In this document: positions 1 through 9,200 of the stretch, one piece after another
Layout of the letters: the number at the start of each line of letters is the position of its first letter
Position numbering within the stretch: position 1 is the stretch's first letter
Origin: Andalucia godoyi And28
Lineage: Eukaryota; Protista; Jakobida
Length of the DNA: 26,623 bases
NCBI GenBank assembly: GCA_009859145.1
Contig: VRVR01000035.1
Location: 1-26,623, forward strand
Direction of reading: 5' to 3'
Notes under the pieces: generated by a model
Database searches by the model: none
Told to the model about the DNA's origin: nothing
What the model saw: only the letters and a program-made list of their open reading frames with translations
Program-made: the position numbers and the translations under genes

Positions 1-353
1 AAGAACCCAATCTGGATGCATTGGTCTGTGTACTATGCATAACTCAACGGAATGCAATAGGTGACACCCTTCCTGTCTCTTCTTCGCGAGCGTGGTTAGT
101 GTCTCGCCGGGCAAGAAGAAGGCTCGGAGCACACGCATGGGATGTCCCCCGTGCCACATTCCATCACTAGATGCAGCGGTGAGGACAGATTCGTTGTTGA
201 AAAGTATACTGATAAAAAACGACTGTAGTCGGGAATTAGGTAATTAATATTTTACGTATAACTCCTAAACGGCGTCGTCCCCAAGAGAATTTCTTTTTGC
301 CAGATTGCTTGCCGTCCCCGACTCTACCAGTCCCGAGCACTATCTCAGAAAAG

Positions 354-402
354 GTGCTGTTGACAATTTTCCGTATTTGTGCTGTGGACCATTTTCCGTA
401 TT
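354..402. repeat. Imperfect tandem duplication, 25-bp period
   Basis: gtgctgttgacaattttccgtatt (354-377) versus gtgctgtggaccattttccgtatt (379-402): 22/24 identical. Confidence 0.85.
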
Positions 403-572
403 CGTCGAAAGGATCGCAAAAGGTCGGCAGGGCCGAAGAAGCCAGCGCTGTCTGCTTCGGCATAGCCACACGCAGATTCATCAGCTGTCGGGACGATCGA
501 GTTGACGAATAAAAATACTTTATATCGCAGCGAGTGTCAACATGACATCAAAACGGAAGCTGGAGCCCATTC

Positions 573-1601
573 TCACAGCACACCGAAAAAGTGCAAGAAA
601 CTTCCAACGGGACCATGTCGACCGTCTTCATGATCCTGCTGATGCGCAAGCTCACGTGGGTGCTCTGCAGCGTGGCGAGAGTGCGGCTCATGCTCATGAG
701 GTCCGCGATTAGGGTGAAAAAACGGATGGACTTGTGATTGAATCCAGTGCGCCACAATTCGATCTGCTCCCTTGGGAATTTCGATACCAGTCTTTCCTTT
801 CTCTTCAACAATCTGTTTGGCCAAAACGTGGAACACCGGTATGCCAGCATGCCTACGCACCATATTCGACCACCGCCGACGATCGTCTTGCGGGTCATGA
901 TCTTGACTGTCCCCGGTGTTCGCATTCTCGTCATCAGCATAATCCCCAGACGGATCATGCGGACTATGTCCTCTCGGCTGACCGTGGTGACGACCGACAA
1001 AGTGCCATTCTCTGTCGGCATGCTTGTCAGGTGCATGATGAGAATCTGCTGCGATGGCAGCCAAAATATGAACCGCAGTGTCTTTGCCAAGAATAGAGAA
1101 CGTTACTCCGTTTTCAAAGTCTCCGTGAGGAACCTTCCATCCACCCGTTGTTCCATACACTTTTTCAACGAGCGATGCAACGTCGTGGGCTCCCGACACC
1201 GAGTCTCTGCATGCTCCCGGAATCGCCTTAAAGAGGGTCTTCATGAACTGATGAGACTGGCCCAAGACATGGCCCATGCCGCAAGACTCGTTCGAAAACA
1301 CCTTGCTCAGCAAGCGAACAGCCTCGTTCAAATGATCGAAATGCGCATTCCAGTCGCGTACAGCGGCCGACTTGTCTGTCTGTGCGAGACTGTACAAGGG
1401 ATCCGACAGCCGTTTCAAGTCTGAATTGCACGCATGTTTGGGATCGGCCGCAATCGAAGGCAGCGTGACCATACTGGTTTCCAAAATGCTGTTGTGCAAT
1501 TCGACAAGGGTCACAAACTCTTCTGTGCATTGTTCAAGCGTTGCGGACGCTGTCACTGCAATGACAGCAACGACAAGCAATATCGAAAGTTTCCTGTGCA
1601 T
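573..1601 (-). CDS. Hypothetical secreted protein (342 aa) with His/Asp-rich C-terminal half
   Basis: ATG at 1601, TGA at 573. Signal-peptide-like start MHRKLSILLVVAVIAVTASA, a helical N-domain with 4 Cys, and a His-rich tail (HHAPDKH, HEHEPHSRH). No family recognised. Confidence 0.75.
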   Translation of the reverse strand: MHRKLSILLVVAVIAVTASATLEQCTEEFVTLVELHNSILETSMVTLPSIAADPKHACNSDLKRLSDPLYSLAQTDKSAAVRDWNAHFDHLNEAVRLLSKVFSNESCGMGHVLGQSHQFMKTLFKAIPGACRDSVSGAHDVASLVEKVYGTTGGWKVPHGDFENGVTFSILGKDTAVHILAAIAADSHHAPDKHADREWHFVGRHHGQPRGHSPHDPSGDYADDENANTGDSQDHDPQDDRRRWSNMVRRHAGIPVFHVLAKQIVEEKGKTGIEIPKGADRIVAHWIQSQVHPFFHPNRGPHEHEPHSRHAAEHPRELAHQQDHEDGRHGPVGSFLHFFGVL

Positions 1602-1992
1602 GATTACTTAGTTGTTTTGCACAGATAAAGACGCAGAGGAAGGGAAGGAGGAGAAGAAGAAGAAGGAAAAGAAGGAAAAGACAAAGAAGAAGAAGAAAGG
1701 CAGAGAAGTGATCCGGGATTGTCGGGAATTTTGCCGCTAACTTCTCAATCAGTTGATTCGGACCCTGGATGGCCGAGCTACAGCTGAGACGCTGAGAATC
1801 ATGGCAGCTTTTAATCTGCTGTAATGCTAGCAGGTATTCTTGGCCTGATTTTGCTCATACAACAGCGATGGTTGGTGAATCGCGAGATTTTGCAAATTTA
1901 ACGATGATTGCGGAAATGCACCGTTGCCGACATTGTTTCTTTCGTCGCTATCCTTGGTGTTTTCCGTCTTGTACTTTTCCTGTAGAAAATAG

Positions 1993-2046
1993 CAACACAA
2001 CAACAACAACAACAACAACAGCAATAACAACAATAATAATAATAAT
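1993..2046. repeat. (AAC)n-(AAT)n compound microsatellite in a divergent promoter / 5' UTR region
   Basis: Direct sequence; ends about 20 bp upstream of the Tweety ATG. Confidence 0.9.
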
Positions 2047-2066
2047 AGTATAATCAAGGAACTTGG

Positions 2067-3632
2067 ATGACAAACTCGGATAGAAGGTTTCCGAATGCGC
2101 CAGGATTGGATCTGGAACTGAAGCCCTGCTCGACGGCGTTTGATCCATCGGATCCGAAATACATCCAGTCGCTCATATTATTGGTTATTGCGGGAGTGTT
2201 CGTGGGCATACTATTCTTGCTTGCTGGTATTGTGTTTTGCATCTTGCGGTTCGTGAACAATTCTTGCGGAGGACGGCGAGCGGACTCTCGCGGTTATCCA
2301 GTGCAGCAAATCATGATGTGCAAAGTGTGTCTGACAGTTGTGTTCGTGACGGTTGTGTCTGCCGCATTGGCTTCGTATGTTGCAAACGATCAGTTCTCTT
2401 CTGCTATCAACGAGTTCTTCGCAAAGGCAACTGCATATGCAAACAGGGTTGCGAATGTCGGCCAGAACGCCGTGACCGTCATGCAGGGCGTCAGTTATCC
2501 TTTCCCACAAAAAGCAACGGCAATTGAAACGGCGGAGACCTTGCGTTCAATCTTTAATTCCGTCAAGGCGAATGCTGATAATGCTGCGGGCCGTGCGGCT
2601 GGGATAACCGCATTTCGATGGCTTGTCTTGTTCTTCACCAATGAACTGGCAGTTGTTGCTGTCTCTGTGGGCATTACGAGCGTCATCTACCGTCGCGGAA
2701 TACCCGCGCTTCTTATGGCGCTTCTGAGCATGTTTGTGCTGTTTCTACTCTGGACTGTGTGGGCGATCCATTTCCCATTTGGAATTTTGGTCAACGATGC
2801 ATGCATGGAAGTTGACAAGTTCGCTCACGACGGTGGCACAGATGTCGGCGGCCTCTCTTATTTTCTCTCGTGCATTCGAAACAGCGATACAACCGACTCT
2901 CTACAAACCAGCTTTGCGTCCATCCAAGCAGGCCTGCAGCAAGCACAGACGCAACTGCAAAATCTGGATCAGTTCAGCCAGGATGTGCAGAACATGGTCC
3001 CGCAAACCCCTGATTTTTCAAACTATGGAATATTGGATGACACCCTGAGACAGGTGAATGTGAACATAACCGATCTCAACAATGCAGTTCAAAGAAATAC
3101 ATCACTCTCACCGGAACTGAGAGCCCAGATCAGTGAAATCCAAATGACAGTTTCTGCTGTGTGCGTGCTGAATCAAGAAATCCTGCAATTGGTGAACTGC
3201 AACACATTGAGGGAGTTGTACAGGTCGCTAAAGGGGTCCCTGTGTTCCAAACTGCTGGATTCATTGGTTGTAATCACGTCCACTGTGTATGTGATGATCA
3301 TCGCCCTCAGTGTGGGAGTGGTTGTGGGCATCAAATCTCAAAAGCGATTAGAGAGGACGAACATCGCGAAGCCGTATGTGTGCCCGCTACCAAATTGTGA
3401 CCGCGGGTTCCGTTTCCGGTCGTCGTACATCGTTCATTTGAGACTGTGCAAGAAGAAGAAGTCCTTTATTGGCGTGGGATTTGATTTCATCTCAAGACCG
3501 TTCGTGCTGCACATGAATCGTGGTCTCAGACCGTACCCGAAGATGGACGTCGCACAAGTCGTTAGCGCCGTTCAACAACGAGGCATTGAAGTACAAGTGG
3601 AAGCATCTGGCGCCCCTCATCTTGATTCGTGA
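2067..3632 (+). CDS. TTYH: Tweety-family membrane protein (521 aa) with C-terminal zinc finger
   Basis: Tweety-like motifs in order: AFDPSDPKYIQSL-TM1, AFRWLVL, VNDACME, LSYFLSC, LVNCNTLRELYRSLKGSLC-TM5, with a 5-TM layout. Then KPYVCPLPNCDRGFRFRSSYIVHLRLC (C-x4-C-x12-H-x3-C). Confidence 0.88.
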   Translation: MTNSDRRFPNAPGLDLELKPCSTAFDPSDPKYIQSLILLVIAGVFVGILFLLAGIVFCILRFVNNSCGGRRADSRGYPVQQIMMCKVCLTVVFVTVVSAALASYVANDQFSSAINEFFAKATAYANRVANVGQNAVTVMQGVSYPFPQKATAIETAETLRSIFNSVKANADNAAGRAAGITAFRWLVLFFTNELAVVAVSVGITSVIYRRGIPALLMALLSMFVLFLLWTVWAIHFPFGILVNDACMEVDKFAHDGGTDVGGLSYFLSCIRNSDTTDSLQTSFASIQAGLQQAQTQLQNLDQFSQDVQNMVPQTPDFSNYGILDDTLRQVNVNITDLNNAVQRNTSLSPELRAQISEIQMTVSAVCVLNQEILQLVNCNTLRELYRSLKGSLCSKLLDSLVVITSTVYVMIIALSVGVVVGIKSQKRLERTNIAKPYVCPLPNCDRGFRFRSSYIVHLRLCKKKKSFIGVGFDFISRPFVLHMNRGLRPYPKMDVAQVVSAVQQRGIEVQVEASGAPHLDS

Positions 3633-3677
3633 GAATCCGTGAGCTCGGTACATCGTATTCTTTCCCACCTTCTTCTG

Positions 3678-5840
3678 TCATCCTCGCTGCAGGATTTGGA
3701 ATGGCTTGTGTACATTTCCAGACAAATCTCCTCCGAGGGTCGTCACGAAACTTCCAAATGATTGTTCAAGCATCGACATTTCTTTTTCGTGAACGCTGAT
3801 GTTTTCCGGGGAGAAAAAGTCGGCGTGACTTCCAATGACACCGGAGCAGACACCACTGTTCAGGTTTGCGGTGTGCAGCGGCAGACCAAACTGAACACTC
3901 ATTACGGTGTGCTTCGTGGATCCCCACGATGCATATGCGACATAACCAAAAGACGACGTTATTGGACTCTGAAGGGCGGCGGTCAATTCGTCAACTGTCC
4001 CGCCCCCCATCCATTCTTCTGTAGGCGTCGGGTACGCGAGAATTGCGGATCTGCTCAGGGCGTCGTTGAGCCAATGCAGGCACGAATTTCGCGGGACATG
4101 TGTCGGCTCCGCAGACGACATGAACGGTAAAATGCAAATTCGATTCGTGGCGATCGTCCAGTCATCCGTCGTATCAAACACAGTCGGCACACGTGAAAGG
4201 ACGGTCCCGTGGGGAATAACAAGGAAAGGTGGACAACAACCACCCCGCGAGACGAGGAGCGACCACAAGTATAGCCGGGACCATGCGGTATCCCATAGGG
4301 GTATCGGGGAGCCAAAATAATGTGACAGTCGCCTTGTGATCTTCATCATGCTGCCGAGAGGAGCAGTTGGAATCAAGACATCGTAGTGATCCTCAAGAAG
4401 GCGCATCATAATGGAAGGCTCCAATTGAGATACGGACTCTGCTCGCACCATATCGAGATGGACGTGGGGAAGAGCAGTCAAAAACCGCAGAGACTTGGCG
4501 AGAAGCGACGCGTGCTCTGCGAACTTTCGTGCTTCCCCTTCCATCTCAAACGATGGTTCTTGAGTGGCATCCAAGACCGATAACAGAGGCGTTAATTTTT
4601 CGTGGGTAAGCTTCCCTGCTTCGTAAAGTGTCACCGATAATTCCTTGAGAGCCTTTGAATACGAACCCGCCATCAATTCGGCTGCAAGCTCAGCAGAAAA
4701 CAGGAAGCCAATGCGAATCACAGAAGCATCCGATTTCTCCTCTTCCAGAAGTTCCTCAAACTCATTGGCACCAGATGCCAAGGATTCTTGCTCGGAAGAC
4801 GGTTGCTCGGCAGTGAAGCTGTCGAACGGAGTGGTTGCGGAAGCAATTTGGGCGGGGGGAACCGTCTGTGCGTCCGTCGTCGTCGTCGTCGGCTGCGGAC
4901 CGGACCGGTGCACTTTTGATGATTCAACTTTCTTCACAAGCAACCCCAACTGGCAGCACAAAGCAAACGCCGCCTCAATGAATTCATAGTCAACATCCAA
5001 CATTTGGGCGATTTGCTGTGGAGTGGATCGCTCATCCAGTGACACCAAGATGTCATACAGCAATTTTTCGAACGGATCCGTGACATTGATGGAGCGGTTC
5101 ATCACAAAACCACTCATGGGAGGAATTAGAAACGTTTCACCCTGCAATATCTGGACCGTGAAGTAGACTGCATCCGCAACGATCAGCGAGTCGAGCGTAG
5201 ATCCCGACAGCGTTTGGTTGAATGGATCCTCGAATTCCAACAGAACTGCGGGATTCTTGAAGTTTTCCTGCATCTGACTGGGAACATTTTGGATGACAAC
5301 ATGTTGCTTCATGTATGGCTTGATCGAGGCAATGAGATTGTCAAGATGGGGAGTCTTTGGCAGGATTTGAGATACGACTTGCGACTTGTTGACCTTCCAC
5401 ATAAACCTCTTTGCCCTGCATTCATTCATGGAGTCAATGAACTCGTTGCGTCCCACGCCAACCCAGCGAAGGGCATCCACTGCAGAGAAGTTCGGGAGCG
5501 AGTCGTACGGCTGTTCGTTCTTCATCAACTCCGCGAGCATGTCTCGATAGTACGAAAATGGCGTAATGAGAAGTGCATCAATTACGATGGAAGCATGCTC
5601 GTAAGGAAACACCCTGAGATTTTGCTTCAAGTATAGAGTCAGCTGCTTGTAATACGCGAGCTTGTTGTTCGGAAACGCAGTGATCGAACCGAGAGATCCA
5701 TATGCCTTTCGATACTGATACGAATGCTCAAGAAGCCGTCGGTGATACACATCCTGATTGTTGCCGAGGACGTGACACACAGATGGCGGAAGATCCTCGT
5801 ACCTCGTCTCCTTCTTAAGATGCGAAAGCAGTTCGTCCAT
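3678..5840 (-). CDS. FAM91A1: FAM91A1 homologue (720 aa)
   Basis: LPPSVCHVLGNNQDVY, ITPFSYYRDML, EQPYDSLPNFSAVDALRWVGVGRNEFIDSMN, DPFEKLLYDILVSLDE, IGFLFSAELAAELM and TLYEAGKL match FAM91 N- and C-domain motifs. Start moved to the first ATG (MDELL, 5840). Confidence 0.93.
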   Translation of the reverse strand: MDELLSHLKKETRYEDLPPSVCHVLGNNQDVYHRRLLEHSYQYRKAYGSLGSITAFPNNKLAYYKQLTLYLKQNLRVFPYEHASIVIDALLITPFSYYRDMLAELMKNEQPYDSLPNFSAVDALRWVGVGRNEFIDSMNECRAKRFMWKVNKSQVVSQILPKTPHLDNLIASIKPYMKQHVVIQNVPSQMQENFKNPAVLLEFEDPFNQTLSGSTLDSLIVADAVYFTVQILQGETFLIPPMSGFVMNRSINVTDPFEKLLYDILVSLDERSTPQQIAQMLDVDYEFIEAAFALCCQLGLLVKKVESSKVHRSGPQPTTTTTDAQTVPPAQIASATTPFDSFTAEQPSSEQESLASGANEFEELLEEEKSDASVIRIGFLFSAELAAELMAGSYSKALKELSVTLYEAGKLTHEKLTPLLSVLDATQEPSFEMEGEARKFAEHASLLAKSLRFLTALPHVHLDMVRAESVSQLEPSIMMRLLEDHYDVLIPTAPLGSMMKITRRLSHYFGSPIPLWDTAWSRLYLWSLLVSRGGCCPPFLVIPHGTVLSRVPTVFDTTDDWTIATNRICILPFMSSAEPTHVPRNSCLHWLNDALSRSAILAYPTPTEEWMGGGTVDELTAALQSPITSSFGYVAYASWGSTKHTVMSVQFGLPLHTANLNSGVCSGVIGSHADFFSPENISVHEKEMSMLEQSFGSFVTTLGGDLSGNVHKPFQILQRG

Positions 5841-6214
5841 GTTCGATGTCTTTCTTCTGTGTTTGCTGGTTGTTGTTGTTGTTGCTGTTTTTTTTTTTTC
5901 AAATCCTGCAAATGACAAAGGTATCACTAATAAAATACGTAAACTACTCAATGTCCGGTTCGGGATTGAGAATTCGGGAAAGTGCAGTTCTGGTTCACGT
6001 AGCCCAAATTTGCAGTCAAGTCAAAACTTTTCATAATGTTCCAAACAAGCGTTTTATTTTATCTTTTACGCACGCTGGGAGCGGACCCAAGAAAGAGAGA
6101 AGGGAAGGGGGAAATAAGAATTCTTTTTTTTTAAATTTGTTTTCATTCTGAACGTCAGAGCGAGCACCAACGGCGGCTGGCAGTAGAGAGATGACTTGCG
6201 ATCGCATAGCAAGG

Positions 6215-9200
6215 TCACCAAACCTGCAGAGTCCATCGCAAAATCAGCGCAACGGCAATGTAAAATGCAAAAATAATAGTCATAAGCAAGTAGAAATCGA
6301 GGGTGAGAGTGGCGAGAAAGTACGCACCGACGGAGAATGCAGCCAAGAGTGCAAATGAAAGCAGCGTACTTTCGGGATCCTTGGAAAATACCGACTTCTT
6401 GGACAAGAATTCGTTTGAAATCACTGCTTCTTCTTCTTTCCAATATTCGTTTTGACTATCCCAGTTCAGCAAGGTCCAACACGACTTCTGTTCGTCCAAA
6501 AGCAGGCCATGCAAGCCAATGTGTCGAGGCTGCATTCTCAAATATTCCACTTCGTCGACTTCCGGAATCTGCGGGTCTTGCTTGGAGTCGAGAGACACAT
6601 GTCGCCCATCAACAATCACAGGAACGCGCAAGACATTCTTCACTTGGACGCCGTCTCCGCTGCGTGGTATCAAATACACAATCGCGTAAAGCACGGATAT
6701 TTGACGAAGAAGGATTTGAGTGAACCGCAGAATCGGATAGAGAACAACTAAAAGCCAGCCCATTCGTAAATCAGCTCGATGCCTCCAGAGCCATACGTCG
6801 ATGAGTGCCAGAAGGAAGATTTGGACACAGTACATGATTGCAAGATTGACAAGAAACTCCTGGGTGTAAGCGTAGCTGGAGAAAACAATCGCAAGCATCG
6901 GAATGCGCAAAAAGTCAAGCATGATATCCAGCAGATCGCGCAAAATAAAGAACTTCAAAATGAACACATTTCGATTCCAGACGAATAAGAGAATGGAGAG
7001 CGCCTGAAAAACGTACTTGTAAGCAGCCTCAGTTTCCGAGACCAATTCTGCAAAAAATGACGGTCTCTTGTACTTGCAACCATGCGACTGGCACTTCAGC
7101 GGGCCGAGAATTGTGCGAAGCACCAAACTTGGCTGCTGCGCTCGAGCGATCTTGTTTTGGACAGGGCAACATACTAAATGGGATGTTTGCAGAACAGGTA
7201 TGGGAACATTCCCGACTTCCTTGATCCGTTTTGCAAGATGTCGTAAATGTAGAATCATACCCAGCTGCCGATGCTCTCCAATTTGACCGCCGTTGTGCTC
7301 CTCCAACGTGGACAGAAGATCATTTCGAAGCCACAATGAAATCTGTTCCGAAGGCCAGTACACGGATCCGAGGCGAGATTGCAAGATATTCGACGCATTC
7401 TTGAGCTTCTGCGTCGTGTCTTCCCATACAGAAGCCAAATTTAAAGAACAATGCGGATTTCGAACATGAGCAGACCGCAATGAAAATGAAAGGCAAGACA
7501 CATTCGAATCTTCGCGGAACCAATTCACAGGGATGAACAACTCTCGCGGCACTGTCAGATAGTCTGAAACCAACATTACGTGCTCGGACCGGCATTTGGA
7601 AATAAGACACAGGTGCGTAGCCAGCATTCTTGAGGAAGATCCAACCCACGCGTACTCGACTTCTCCATCTGCAGCTCTCTGCTGATCTGAATTGACGGAA
7701 TAGTAATAGTTGGTGACATGGTGGCACATCTTGTAAATGCGGGAGTCTGGACGACCTTCCCGCGTAAAAGGAGCGGAGGCAGGAAGGCCGTAATGCAGAA
7801 CAACAATCTGATTCGGACGAAACATCTCCAGCAAATGCTTCAAAGTGGTACTGAGCACTTCTGGATTCGCTCCTTCCGTCGCCACGATGACAGAAACTGT
7901 TTGCAACAATTCCTCGCGAAACATGTAATAATCCGTATCATCTTCAACATCCCACTGAAGAGGAGGATCTGGATATTTGACAAACATGAACGACAAAAAC
8001 ATGAGAATTGCGTTCAAGGAACTTGCAGAAAACAATATCCACGAAAAGTAATGTCGGAAGATCATCCGGAAGACTCCACAAAAGTTGCAGCGATCGCAAG
8101 AGGGATGCTTGCAAATACACTGGCTACCCGGTTGATCCGGTGCACTGCACGACAGATCGCTGTCATCGCACGTGCATCCAAGAGAAAACAAGCCGCAAGA
8201 CCTCTCGCAAGGCTGCAGTATTGCATTTTGAAACAAAGAAGGATTGAATTCGAGAGAATGTGCTTCCAGCACAAACATCTGGGCTGGTGGAGAACAAGAC
8301 GAATTAAGGAAACAATACACGATGAGGAACACTGCAAGAAAATACAAAAGCAGAAGAAACACGATGCTTCCAATCTTCTCAAACCTATTCTTCCTCAATA
8401 ATGCCATTTCGGAATCGATTCTGGTCATGACTTTTGAGTTTCGGCCAAGAACCATAGCTGGAGCTTCGTTCTCATCGCTAACTGGTGTCTTTTCCAGCTT
8501 CCCTTCATACACCGGGCGCCGCCGTCGCAGCCGAGGAGACAACGTGATCTCGACGGGCTCTTCCGGGAGCTCAGCTCGGGAGAACAATGCAGGCTCCAGA
8601 AGTCGCTCTTGGATCATTTGCACATGTTGATTCAGAAATTCCACCTGTCCTGCCCGAGAGAGTCTCCGGCGAGCGGTGAAGTGCCGAAACAGCTTCCATT
8701 GCCGAAGAATATCGGCTTCGGCAGTGTACAGCGTCCCGAGAGCGAAATATTGACACACAATGTCCAGCGACTGCGCACAAAGATCGGAGGCAATGTCGAA
8801 ATCATTGGAAGATGCATAAAATTCTGCAAGCATGTTCATCACAGGCACGATTTGGGGATACTTCACCAGTTTGTCCTCTGGTCGATGGCGCTCGTCCGAC
8901 GTGAATGTGTCGTATTCTGCATACAGATACATGAATGCTGTCGTGTCTGTGGAGAGTTCGTCAGTGACAATGGTGCGGTCCATCTCGGAGATCAAGCCAT
9001 CCACAATGCCGCGGACGTCGGCCTCAATCACTTTTTTGATATGGCTCTCGGATTTGTGCAGCTTCAGCAGGTCAGCGCGCACTTGCGCCCAGTCGACGGC
9101 GAGGATCAGATCCAGCGAAATTCGCGGAACAATACGCTTTTTTGAAGCGTCATAATGATACTCGTAAAGACTGGAATAATGAGAGTCCCACTGGGGAAAC

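Noticed and set aside
1-243. Minus-strand frame open to the window edge (MWHGGHPM... from 159), and a spliced plus-strand frame
   Set aside because: Short, no recognisable family, and the two readings conflict. It cannot be judged without flanking sequence.
548-1424. Long alternative-frame and antisense ORFs over real genes (also 7718-8401, 13956-14735, 16085-16894)
   Set aside because: Shadow ORFs of GC-rich coding sequence.
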